A stretch of 35,614 nucleotides of DNA from a virus (IMGVR_UViG_3300020044_003831:1-35614); one strand, 5' to 3'; positions 1-7,764 are shown, counted from the stretch's first letter. Notes: generated from the sequence alone by a model not told the origin. A program made the numbers and translations.

Positions 1-121
1 CGTCGATCCCAGCAAAAACGCCAGACTTGTCGGCGGCAAGCTCTTTGGCGTAGTCCCAGGCCCAAGATTTCCATGCCGGGTCTTTTGCGATTTGCACCAG
101 GCGGTCGAGTTGCATCTTGTA
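1..121. repeat. Direct terminal repeat, copy 1 (assembly overlap of a circular contig)
   Basis: 1-121 is identical to 35494-35614, and an ORF reads through the join. Confidence 0.95.
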
Positions 122-139
122 GGCCAGTTTGTAGTCCAT
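1..139 (-). CDS. Hypothetical 63-aa protein, 5' part; it crosses the circular junction and ends at TGA 35443-35441
   Basis: ATG at 139 overlaps the upstream TGA (TGATG). Hand translation: MDYKLAYKMQLDRLVQIAKDPAWKSWAWDYAKELAADKSGVFAGIDADLVARMNEKKIISKKD. Confidence 0.75.
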   Translation of the reverse strand, partial: MDYKLAYKMQLDRLVQIAKDPAWKSWAWDYAKELAADKSGVFAGID

Positions 140-462
140 CAGGCCCGTCTCCAGACATTCTTTGGCGAGCAATGGCAGGATGGCGATTCCTGGCGCTTGT
201 AACCGATGCTGCGGATCACCTTGGCCTTGCTGGCCGCAATGAACACGCCACCCCATGCGCGGCGATCTGGTGGCTTTGGCATCCCGCAATCCTCGGCCCA
301 GGCCCTGACCTGTTCGGCCATAAATGCCTTGCCTGGGTTTTGCTTCATGAACAAAAGCATCATCACGCTGGCCTTGTCAAACCAGTCGCCGTGGATGCGC
401 TGGGCGTGATTGACTGCGCGGGCGATACCGGTGTCTCGGTGTTGTTCAGCTTTCGTCATCAA
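139..462 (-). CDS. Hypothetical phage protein (107 aa)
   Basis: Coupled to both neighbours; RAWGG motif and C-terminal HCSPKNVW typical of phage small DNA-binding proteins. Confidence 0.75.
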   Translation of the reverse strand: MMTKAEQHRDTGIARAVNHAQRIHGDWFDKASVMMLLFMKQNPGKAFMAEQVRAWAEDCGMPKPPDRRAWGGVFIAASKAKVIRSIGYKRQESPSCHCSPKNVWRRA

Positions 463-562
463 TGTCTCCGGTCAGTTTGAGGGCTTGGGTGATGATGTGC
501 TCGGGGTATGGCTGGCCTTCGCGCACCTGGTCGAGGATTTGCATGGCTTGAAAATAGTTCAT
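446..562 (-). CDS. Small hypothetical protein (38 aa)
   Basis: ATGA overlap with the initiator stop; MNYFQAMQILDQVREGQPYPEHIITQALKLTGDIDDES fills the gap exactly. Confidence 0.65.
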   Translation of the reverse strand: MNYFQAMQILDQVREGQPYPEHIITQALKLTGDIDDES

Positions 563-1365
563 GCCTTCCTCAGCACTTGGTTGATTTGTTGGCGAATGTG
601 CTCAGGCATCGGCGCGGCTTTTTTCAAGTCGGCCTCAATCTTGAGTAACGCTGGATCCGGGCCGGTGTGCAAAGGTGGCACGGTTGTCCTGGCAATGTCT
701 GCGGCTTGTTGGGCAAATGATTGCTTTGCAGGTCTTGCGCTTCTGCACCAATTACGCCAAGTGGCCTCCCAATCCAACTTGGTCGCATCCTTGCCGCTTT
801 TGGCCGTCCAATAGTCCTTGAATTTCTCAGCCTCAAGCCTGACCGTTGCGGCATCCCATACCATGGCCTCCAATGCCCACTCACCCCATGGCTTTGGAAG
901 TTGCCAATCAGGTGAAAGCCTTTTTGCTTTGGCCTTGCCGACAGGCGGGGCGTCAACAATTGGTGTTGGTGTTGGTGTTGGTGTTGGTGTTGGTGTTGGT
1001 AGCTCAACATCCGTTGAGCGAACGTTCAACGACCGTTCAACGTTCGCTTTGCGAGCGTTAACCGACGCTTGAGCGGACGCTCTTGCCTTGGCCTGCTTGT
1101 CCTGCATTTTCTCAATTTCTTGATCGCATCTAGCGTGCCTCCAGCCGTCTTCGTCAAGCTGAAAAAACTCATTCAAGACATCGCGCACAGTGGTTGCATG
1201 GTCGCGCATTCTGATGATTCTGGCGACTTCGCTGGCGTCTTTTGGCAATGGGCCTTCACGCAAGTAATAGGCATCAAGGCATCGGCGGTAGGCCAAATCC
1301 TCAAGCAAGTCGAGGTGGCCGGTATGAGCGGAATAGTCGCCCAAATGGAATGGAAAGTAATTCAC
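559..1365 (-). CDS. Phage replication initiator, YdaU/DUF1376-type N-terminus
   Basis: GTG start; NYFPFHLGDY..T.HL..LEDLAYRRCLDAYY motif; PT linker; C-terminal FKDYW...KLDWEATWRNW initiator motif. Confidence 0.85.
   Translation of the reverse strand: MNYFPFHLGDYSAHTGHLDLLEDLAYRRCLDAYYLREGPLPKDASEVARIIRMRDHATTVRDVLNEFFQLDEDGWRHARCDQEIEKMQDKQAKARASAQASVNARKANVERSLNVRSTDVELPTPTPTPTPTPTPIVDAPPVGKAKAKRLSPDWQLPKPWGEWALEAMVWDAATVRLEAEKFKDYWTAKSGKDATKLDWEATWRNWCRSARPAKQSFAQQAADIARTTVPPLHTGPDPALLKIEADLKKAAPMPEHIRQQINQVLRKA
960..1000. repeat. Hexanucleotide tandem repeat (TGGTGT)n, about 7 copies, encoding a Pro-Thr linker
   Basis: Visible run tggtgttggtgttggtg...; protein PTPTPTPTPTPTP. Confidence 0.9.
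1011..1080. other. Probable replication origin (iteron-like repeats inside the initiator gene)
   Basis: Clustered GAGCG/AACGTT/CGTTCAAC motifs including the inverted repeat gcgaacgtt..aacgttcgc; lambdoid origins lie at this position in initiator genes. Confidence 0.5.
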
Positions 1366-1394
1366 AAATTTTCCGTTCTCTGTCCTTCGCAAAA

Positions 1395-1461
1395 GAAACG
1401 CACGGCAGGCGGGAAGGCTCGCTTTTCGGTCAGGGGATCAGTCCCAACCTATCCGGGTTTC
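1395..1461 (-). ncRNA. Structured leader RNA, three-way junction (motif copy A) upstream of the initiator
   Basis: GAAAC-CGG-AUA-[GGUUGGG..CCCUGACC]-GAAAA-[GCG AGCCUUCC CGC]-CUG-CCG..GUUUC; preceded by TAAAAT; same architecture at 11305-11360. Confidence 0.6.
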
Positions 1462-1474
1462 AAACAATTTTACA

Positions 1475-2092
1475 TCAAGCGATGTATCTTCCGAGTTTTA
1501 CCTTTGTGATTGTTGACCTGTTGACATTGAGCCGTCTTGATAAATCTACGACTTTCTCTCCATCTGCAATGCACTTCAAAATCATTTCAACATCATCGTT
1601 TGTAAATTTTTTGTTTGCTTGTGAAATTTTGTCTTTCCACGTTATTTTTCTTCCCTTCATTGCTGCGCTATGTTTTTTTCTTGTTTCATCGCTTGTGACG
1701 CGATTTGCCCTTGCAGCCTTGAGTTTTTCAATTGTCTTTGGACTGTGTTTTCTTCCAATCCATGTCTGCGCCATTTTTTTTCGCGTTTCTTCTGGAAGGT
1801 CATTGACACCATCTCCGCCAGATGTGTTGTTGACTAGCGGCCAATAATTCTTTTTTCCAAATGAAATCCAGTAACGCTCTGCGCTTTGCCAGTCACTGTC
1901 ATTGTCAAGCTCTTGCAAAATTATTTGATGTGGACGCTTTCCGTCTGCCTTCAATTTTTGCAGCCAATGAGAGCGGTGGCAGTTTGATGCCTCATTCATA
2001 TGATTGGAGAGTCTTTCCTTTGGACGTATTGACTTTCCAATGTATCGAATTTTGCAAGTATCAGGGTCAATGAGTGCATAGATAAATATCAT
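1475..2092 (-). CDS. GIY-YIG homing endonuclease with NUMOD3-like repeats and C-terminal HTH
   Basis: IYALIDP...IRYIGKS...RLSNH; repeats EETRKKM, KHSPKTIEKL, SDETRKKHS; AT-rich relative to the genome. Confidence 0.88.
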   Translation of the reverse strand: MIFIYALIDPDTCKIRYIGKSIRPKERLSNHMNEASNCHRSHWLQKLKADGKRPHQIILQELDNDSDWQSAERYWISFGKKNYWPLVNNTSGGDGVNDLPEETRKKMAQTWIGRKHSPKTIEKLKAARANRVTSDETRKKHSAAMKGRKITWKDKISQANKKFTNDDVEMILKCIADGEKVVDLSRRLNVNRSTITKVKLGRYIA

Positions 2093-2118
2093 GTGTACAT
2101 TTTAGCACACATGATATT
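2085..2118 (-). promoter_or_regulatory. Hairpin sequestering the GIY-YIG start codon, with an extended -10 (TGcTAAAAT) whose hexamer forms the loop
   Basis: Perfect 12-bp inverted repeat aatatcatgtgt/acacatgatatt; TAAAAT at 2104-2099 lies 6 nt before ATG 2092. Confidence 0.65.
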
Positions 2119-2124
2119 CACCAA

Positions 2125-4320
2125 TCAAGCAAATAAGCCATGTTGTTCTTTTTGCGCATCCTCAATGTTTTTGCACGCAAGATCAAAATAGGATGGCTTT
2201 AGCTCTGTACCAATAAACCTGCGGCGCATTTTCAATGCAACATAACCTTCGCTGCCAATTCCAGTGAATGGGCTAAACACCAGGTCTCCAGGATTTGTCC
2301 ATAGATGAATGCATCGTTCGATTACATCAAGCTGCAAAGGGCAAGCGTGCTTGAGATCATTTTCATCTCTAGCAGGCATCTTATTCAGCGTCTTTCCTTG
2401 CTCAATGTCATCCCAGATTGGGCTGGCGTACTTTTGCCACAGGTGGACGGGCAAGTCTTCGCCGTGCGTGACGCGCTCCTCAATCTCGCCGGGCTTGCGC
2501 ATAGTCACGACGTAATCAGGCAGACCCATGCGGCTCATGGTGCTGTTTTCGCGGATGGTCTTGTGCAGCAGACCAAGCGCCTTTGTGCGCTGCATGGCGA
2601 CGACTGGGTCTTTCCAAATGCAGACCTCAGAATGATAGATGAACCCGGCATCCTGAAATGCGCGGATCAAATCGCCACGAAAATCACGCAGGCCAATGAA
2701 GCCCTGGCGCATCTTTGTCGTAGGTAGGTTCATGCAATGAAATGAGACATTGCGGCCAGGCTTCAAGACCCGGAAAAGCTCGGAGATCAGGAACTTCAAC
2801 TGCTCGACAAACTCATGATCGTTTTTGCAGTTGCCCATGTCGTGGTCGCTGTTTGAGTAAACAAAAAGATCAGCAAATGGTGGCGAGAAAACAGAATAGT
2901 CCACGCTGTTGTCTTTCATGCGGCGAGACCACTTCACACAGTCACCCAAATGGACGGTAAAGCCATCGCCGTTGAATGTGTCTTCGCGATATTCATCGAC
3001 GATGTTCTCTTGTCCTGCGAGTTCTTTGTTCATAATGTCTTTCATGTGTTCGATCATGTTTGCACTCATCTCGTGATGTTGCACTTCTTTGCGTTTGAGG
3101 TTTGCCAGAATTTGGCCTTCGTTTTCTGCGGTGAACATATGCACCTGCACATTGCGCTTTTGGCCGAATCGGTAGCATCGGCGGACGGCCTGATAGAACT
3201 TCTCAAATGAGTCATCCAGGCCGACAAATGCCATGCGTGCGCAGTGCTGCCAATTCATGCCGAACCCACAAATTTTTGGCTTAGAAATCAGGACGCGCAA
3301 TTCACCGCTGCTGAACTTCATCATTTGTTCGGCTTTGTATTCAGCCTTGTCGCTGCCTTGCACGTTGACAGATCCTTCAATCAATTCGGCCAGCAACTCG
3401 GCCTCGTCATTCAAGTGACACCAGATAAGCCATGGCTCGGATGTGTCTGCATTGACAACATCGGCAAGCGCCCTGCATCGTGCTTCAATGCTATCGCGCT
3501 GGGCCTTTCTGCGCTCGGTCATGGTCATGGCTGGGCGCGAGAACAAATCGCCTTCAATGGCCTCGGTTTGAATGACATGCTCGACGTATTCTGGCGCGGG
3601 CAAAATGTACTTACTGCCATCAAAGCCCAAGTCGGACGGATTGCGCAGCACCACAGCCCAAGATCCCATCCACTCCCAGAACTTGGATGCGCCCCATCCT
3701 TTGAGTCGCCAAGTGCCGGTGTCGCCGGTGTCGTTGACAAAATAAGTCGCCAGCATCTCGGTGCGTGTCATGACGCCCAAGAACTCGCACTGATTTCCAA
3801 GCTCCTCGAAGTCGTTGGGCGATGGCGTAGCCGTGCAACTCAAACGATAAGGCACACCCTGGGCCGATGTAATGATGTGTTGACGGGTCTTGCCGTCGTG
3901 GGCCTTCAGGATTGATGACTCATCCAGCACAAGGCCATGCAACTCGGCGAAGTCAATCGCATCCATGCGCTCGTAATTGGTGATCCAAACACCAGGCGAA
4001 TCAATCACGCCAGAATGAGGAACGCGCTTGACCTCAATGCCAAACGTGGAGCCCTGCTCAATGGTCTGCTCAGACACGGCAAGCGGGGCCAGCACCAACA
4101 CAGATCCGCCAGTGTGGCTTGCCACTTCATCAGCCCATGAAAGCTGCATCAGCGTTTTGCCAAGGCCTGTATCGGCAAAGATGGCGGCACGGCCACGGCG
4201 AACAGCCCAGCTAACGATGGCGTGCTGAAAGTCGAACAAATGCTCGTTCAGGTCGCCAGGTTGATGGCCGGTTGCCACTTCTTTGCGGCGCTTGGCTGCT
4301 ACAAAATCTTCATATTCCAT
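2125..4320 (-). CDS. SNF2/SF2 helicase-like domain fused to an N4/N6 DNA methyltransferase
   Basis: Walker A DTGLGKT, LDESS, TATP and QAVRRCYRFGQ; C-terminal FSPPF (motif IV) precedes FSPFTGIGS (motif I), i.e. beta-class order. Confidence 0.9.
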   Translation of the reverse strand: MEYEDFVAAKRRKEVATGHQPGDLNEHLFDFQHAIVSWAVRRGRAAIFADTGLGKTLMQLSWADEVASHTGGSVLVLAPLAVSEQTIEQGSTFGIEVKRVPHSGVIDSPGVWITNYERMDAIDFAELHGLVLDESSILKAHDGKTRQHIITSAQGVPYRLSCTATPSPNDFEELGNQCEFLGVMTRTEMLATYFVNDTGDTGTWRLKGWGASKFWEWMGSWAVVLRNPSDLGFDGSKYILPAPEYVEHVIQTEAIEGDLFSRPAMTMTERRKAQRDSIEARCRALADVVNADTSEPWLIWCHLNDEAELLAELIEGSVNVQGSDKAEYKAEQMMKFSSGELRVLISKPKICGFGMNWQHCARMAFVGLDDSFEKFYQAVRRCYRFGQKRNVQVHMFTAENEGQILANLKRKEVQHHEMSANMIEHMKDIMNKELAGQENIVDEYREDTFNGDGFTVHLGDCVKWSRRMKDNSVDYSVFSPPFADLFVYSNSDHDMGNCKNDHEFVEQLKFLISELFRVLKPGRNVSFHCMNLPTTKMRQGFIGLRDFRGDLIRAFQDAGFIYHSEVCIWKDPVVAMQRTKALGLLHKTIRENSTMSRMGLPDYVVTMRKPGEIEERVTHGEDLPVHLWQKYASPIWDDIEQGKTLNKMPARDENDLKHACPLQLDVIERCIHLWTNPGDLVFSPFTGIGSEGYVALKMRRRFIGTELKPSYFDLACKNIEDAQKEQHGLFA

Positions 4321-4337
4321 TTCTTGCTTTCAATAAA

Positions 4338-4440
4338 AAAGCCCTTGGTCGCACTCTCATCCTTCCGGAAGTTGGTCGAACCGGGAAGTACCGGCCAGAG
4401 TGCGCCCAAGGGCTTACTTCAAAATCCCGACCAAGGGATG
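4338..4440 (-). ncRNA. c4/CI-like antisense RNA with an upstream complementary target site
   Basis: Long stem AGCCCUUGGGCGCACUCU/AGAGUGCGACCAAGGGCU followed by a U-tract; internal UACUUC and CGACCAA are complementary to upstream GAAGUA and UUGGUCG. Confidence 0.65.
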
Positions 4441-4447
4441 TAATATT

Positions 4448-4804
4448 TTACCCAATCATTCGCATCGGCTCAAGGTTTATTTTCACCATCCCTCCGACAT
4501 CGCCAGCAAAGGAAAAGCTCATTGTCCACTTGCTGTCGTCCACACCGCTGATCTCGGCCACTGCGTCGATGGCTTGCTTGATCCTGGCGATGCAGTTGTC
4601 CAGGTCGATCCGGCGCTTTGATGGAGGGTAGAAGATGATCGTGGCGTGCAGACGCGGTGCATCAATCCGGATCAGGCCTTGCTGCTTTGCGGTGATGTAG
4701 CAGGCCTGGCGGTAGGCTTTGGCTGCGCGGGCTTTGATTGCCCAGTGGCCGCGTGAATTTGGGCTTAGGTCTGGCGACGGCCATGGCAAAACAAGCTGAA
4801 TCAT
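4448..4804 (-). CDS. rusA: RusA-like Holliday junction resolvase
   Basis: LPWPS..LSPN, FYPPSKRRIDLDN, K..ID and GVDD acidic motif pattern. Confidence 0.8.
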   Translation of the reverse strand: MIQLVLPWPSPDLSPNSRGHWAIKARAAKAYRQACYITAKQQGLIRIDAPRLHATIIFYPPSKRRIDLDNCIARIKQAIDAVAEISGVDDSKWTMSFSFAGDVGGMVKINLEPMRMIG

Positions 4805-5004
4805 GTGATTTCCTTCTGATCGGCAAATAGATCGCCCTGGCCGTTGCTTTCGGGCTTTGCGGGCTTGATGAATTTCAGCCGACTATTGCGCCACGACTTG
4901 GGCAGCAGCCCAGCCTTGGCCGCGCATTTCGGGCCGATGGATTCTCGGCCGATCATGACGAATGGCTTGGTGGGTCGGCCACAAAGGGCGCATATCGGCT
5001 TCAT
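4801..5004 (-). CDS. Small Cys-containing (Zn-binding) hypothetical protein
   Basis: ATGA coupling; CALCGRP...IGPKC; QGDLF near the C-terminus. Confidence 0.7.
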   Translation of the reverse strand: MKPICALCGRPTKPFVMIGRESIGPKCAAKAGLLPKSWRNSRLKFIKPAKPESNGQGDLFADQKEIT

Positions 5005-5228
5005 CGACTGCATTCCATGACAACATTTGGCTCGTACCAGTCCACAACAAACAAAACCCTTGCTCGTTTGTGGTTTGACGTCATAAACAGCACGGCACAA
5101 GACATGGCTTGCTCAGGGTTTTGGCACTCAATTGTCACTGTTTGCCATTTTTGATGGCCGCGCAACCGTACTTGCCCAATGTAATGGCCCTTTGGCGCGT
5201 GAATGTGTATGCGGTTCACGCTTACCAT
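5001..5228 (-). CDS. Hypothetical protein
   Basis: GAGG RBS before ATG 5228; alternative start at 5276. Confidence 0.65.
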   Translation of the reverse strand: MVSVNRIHIHAPKGHYIGQVRLRGHQKWQTVTIECQNPEQAMSCAVLFMTSNHKRARVLFVVDWYEPNVVMECSR

Positions 5229-5262
5229 GGTGCCTCGCCTTGCTGTTCGCGCTTGGCTCGGG

Positions 5263-5739
5263 TTAATGCTTCGCACATATGATCTGCCTTGCCTTTCCTG
5301 ATCGGATGACTTTTTTCACGTACTCAATAGCCTGCTCAAGCTGCTGCACGGTGACGGCCTCAAGCTGTGCGTCGTGGATGTCCATCGCAAGATTCAGTGC
5401 GGCCAGCTCCTGCGCCTTAAATACAAAGCGATCATCGCGCTCAACGCCTCTGGCGCAAAGGTCTTTTAGCGCGTCTTGGCCTGCGCGGATCTCGGCCTTG
5501 TAGTCTTCGCCAATGCCTCTCAGCGCCAGCGCCTCAGAAATGTTGGTGGCAGCGATCAAGATGTCCATGTCGTCGCGGGTAGCTTGGCCCTGTGCTGTCG
5601 CGGCCATTGCGCCGTGGTTTTTGATCTTGAGTGTCGCCAGTTCGTCTCCGCTGTCTGTCAATGGCTTGAGCCCGGACAAAACGTAATTCACAGCATCAGC
5701 CCTGATCGGCTTGGGTCGGTATGAACTGCGTTTTCTCAT
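5263..5739 (-). CDS. Hypothetical phage protein (158 aa, helical)
   Basis: Long coupled ORF beginning MRKRSSYRPKP. Confidence 0.8.
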   Translation of the reverse strand: MRKRSSYRPKPIRADAVNYVLSGLKPLTDSGDELATLKIKNHGAMAATAQGQATRDDMDILIAATNISEALALRGIGEDYKAEIRAGQDALKDLCARGVERDDRFVFKAQELAALNLAMDIHDAQLEAVTVQQLEQAIEYVKKVIRSGKARQIICAKH

Positions 5740-5999
5740 TCAAACCCCAATTCTTTTTTGAACGCAGACAAAGCCATCACCAACGCCTGGGCCTGGTCGT
5801 AGTCCATGCAGACATAGTTGTCTTGGTGCGTTGATGTGTACGATTTAAAATGGGCGATAAACCCGTTGCCGGTGTCTTTCAGTTCGCAGCGCATTTTGCC
5901 TTTGATGGCGTAGCCTTGACCGGCAATGACAATCGAATTCTCGCCATCGCGAAAAACATGATCCTCAAGGCCTTCGCAGATAAATGTTTGATTGCTCAT
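5736..5999 (-). CDS. Hypothetical protein
   Basis: ATGA overlaps on both sides. Confidence 0.7.
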   Translation of the reverse strand: MSNQTFICEGLEDHVFRDGENSIVIAGQGYAIKGKMRCELKDTGNGFIAHFKSYTSTHQDNYVCMDYDQAQALVMALSAFKKELGFE

Positions 6000-6511
6000 A
6001 AGCCCGCCCATGGATTGTTTGTGTAGGACTTGTAGCTGCGGCCCGTTCTGATCTCGGTCACAACGCTGAAATTGATGCCAAGCTCGCGGGCAATGCTTTT
6101 GCTGGTGCCTTCCATGTTCCTGATTTTTTCAATCAACTCAGGAGAGTGAGGAGATCTTGCGCGTGCGGCCAATGCCAGTTTGTAATTTCTGGCCGGGTTT
6201 TGCTGATACTTTGTGCGTGCAGTAGTGAATTGCTGGAGCTGTTTGCGGGTCATCATTTGAATGTGTGCAGGCTCAACACAGTGCGGGTTTCCGCATTTGT
6301 TGCTGGCAAGAAGTCCATCAACTTTGAGTCCCAAATGATTGATTGCGATCCATCGACGAACCGGGATAAGTGCTCTTTTGTTTGGCACTCGCATATATGG
6401 CACATCGCTGCCTTTGCCACCATCCCAGATAAGGCAATCGCCGTCTTCGTGGCTTTTTGCTCTGATGAATTCCATTGTGATTGGCTCACCGGGTTTTCGT
6501 ATGACTTTCAT
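5996..6511 (-). CDS. Zn-loop HNH/homing-endonuclease-like protein with C-terminal HTH, possibly degenerate
   Basis: DCLIWDG, CGNPHCVEPAHI, IARELGINFSVV; the usual H before the first Cys and the downstream N appear substituted. Confidence 0.65.
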   Translation of the reverse strand: MKVIRKPGEPITMEFIRAKSHEDGDCLIWDGGKGSDVPYMRVPNKRALIPVRRWIAINHLGLKVDGLLASNKCGNPHCVEPAHIQMMTRKQLQQFTTARTKYQQNPARNYKLALAARARSPHSPELIEKIRNMEGTSKSIARELGINFSVVTEIRTGRSYKSYTNNPWAGL

Positions 6512-6556
6512 TGGTTTGTGTGTTGTGGTTAATGAGGATTTTATTATATCGTAATT

Positions 6557-6874
6557 TTATGGGATGGGCACATCATCCGGCCACAATCCTAACTTCGTCA
6601 GTTTTTCTATGGTCTTGATGTGTGCGGGCTGCCACATGGCCTGGCGCTCAGCTTTTGTCATAGATGCGCCTTGATCGAGCGATGCGTGGCATTGGAAGCA
6701 AAGCGATGCGATCAGGTTGTCATCCGCCTTGATGCCCCGGCCCTTGCCGCCGCCGTGATTTGTATGCGCGGCCACAACCGTGCCATCGTCAGCGCCACAA
6801 TGCTGACAGGGTATCTCGCGGGCGTTGCGCAGAAGCGTTTTGCTTCTGACGTAGTCGTGCTTTGGGAATCTCAT
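6557..6874 (-). CDS. YbcO/DUF1364-like putative nuclease
   Basis: CQHC..TVVAAH..GKGRGIKADD..LCFQCH..D pattern. Confidence 0.75.
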   Translation of the reverse strand: MRFPKHDYVRSKTLLRNAREIPCQHCGADDGTVVAAHTNHGGGKGRGIKADDNLIASLCFQCHASLDQGASMTKAERQAMWQPAHIKTIEKLTKLGLWPDDVPIP

Positions 6875-7395
6875 GCCATGCTCAAGATCTGGTCGACAAC
6901 GGCGTCCAGTTGCTCGCGGTTTTCGTACGTGGTCAACACTCGCGCAAGCAGGACGTTTATCACGGCGGAATAGAGTTTTTCAAACTCGGGTTCTTCCATG
7001 CGGCCAAAGCTGATCGACTTAGCTTTGAGCGTCATCGTGCCATCAAGGGTGAAGGCTTGCTCGTAGAAGCCCGCAAGGATGGTCACATCGGATCTGAACT
7101 GGTCAAAGTCCTTGGCGATGTCCATGCCTTTGAATTTGGTTGCAGGCGTCCAGGCTTCAAAGCCTAGGTTAATCAAGGCAAAGAACTTGCGATGAAACTT
7201 TAGGTTGCGCGGGAAAGTGGCCTCAATCGTGACGATCTGGCCTGGCTCGGATTGAAACATCCGCGCCCAGAGTTTTTTCCATGCGCTTGCGTCTTCGTCG
7301 GTGCGGCCAGCGAAGCATTTGAAAAGAAGGGCGCGAGCGCCCTCCAGTTCTGCGGGGATGGCCTGACCGGTGCGTTGGATGGTGAATTTAGCCAT
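6871..7395 (-). CDS. DUF1367-family protein (Nin-region-like)
   Basis: RN.KFHRKFFAL...FDQFR..V.I.AG.Y...KSISF..MEE.EF..LY motif. Confidence 0.75.
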   Translation of the reverse strand: MAKFTIQRTGQAIPAELEGARALLFKCFAGRTDEDASAWKKLWARMFQSEPGQIVTIEATFPRNLKFHRKFFALINLGFEAWTPATKFKGMDIAKDFDQFRSDVTILAGFYEQAFTLDGTMTLKAKSISFGRMEEPEFEKLYSAVINVLLARVLTTYENREQLDAVVDQILSMA

Positions 7396-7738
7396 TCAAT
7401 TTGGTTTTCAGTTCGTAGCCCATCAAAGGCCAGATTTTTTGGACGGCGTTCTGGCGGGCCACCTTGCGTCCAATTTCCGCATCGAAGTTCTCGGGGCTGG
7501 CACAGGCCGACTCGCCCGTAACGGTGAAGCCGTTTTGCAGGACAAGGACGCAAAAGGTCAGCAGATCAAGTTCTTTCGGCGTGGCCTGCCATTCAGGACC
7601 GCGTGTTTCGCCGACAAGCGCCTGTGATGCCGTGAAGTAGTGTTCGCTGGTGATGTTCGCCTCGATGTCATCAGGCGTGATGCGCGGGGCGGTTTTGCCC
7701 TTGGCGATGATTTCTTGCTCAATGGTTTGGTCGTTCAT
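7388..7738 (-). CDS. N4 Gp49/Sf6 gp66-family protein; candidate Acb4-like cyclic-nucleotide sponge
   Basis: APRITP..IEA.I...LTFCVLVLQNGFTVTGESACASPENFDAEIGRKVA..NAV.KIWPLMGY signature; AAGGAG RBS. Confidence 0.85.
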   Translation of the reverse strand: MNDQTIEQEIIAKGKTAPRITPDDIEANITSEHYFTASQALVGETRGPEWQATPKELDLLTFCVLVLQNGFTVTGESACASPENFDAEIGRKVARQNAVQKIWPLMGYELKTKLNG

Positions 7739-7764
7739 GCTTTTCTCCTTGGTTAAAAAATGGT

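Noticed and set aside
624-1072. Alternative-frame ORFs with HQHQ, GVGV or LVLV repeats
   Set aside because: They are other readings of the Pro-Thr hexamer repeat in the initiator gene.
1395-1461. Hammerhead ribozyme (CUGA...GAAA)
   Set aside because: The core reads CUGAUCC or CUGACCG rather than CUGANGA, the stem order does not fit, and copy B lacks CUGA.
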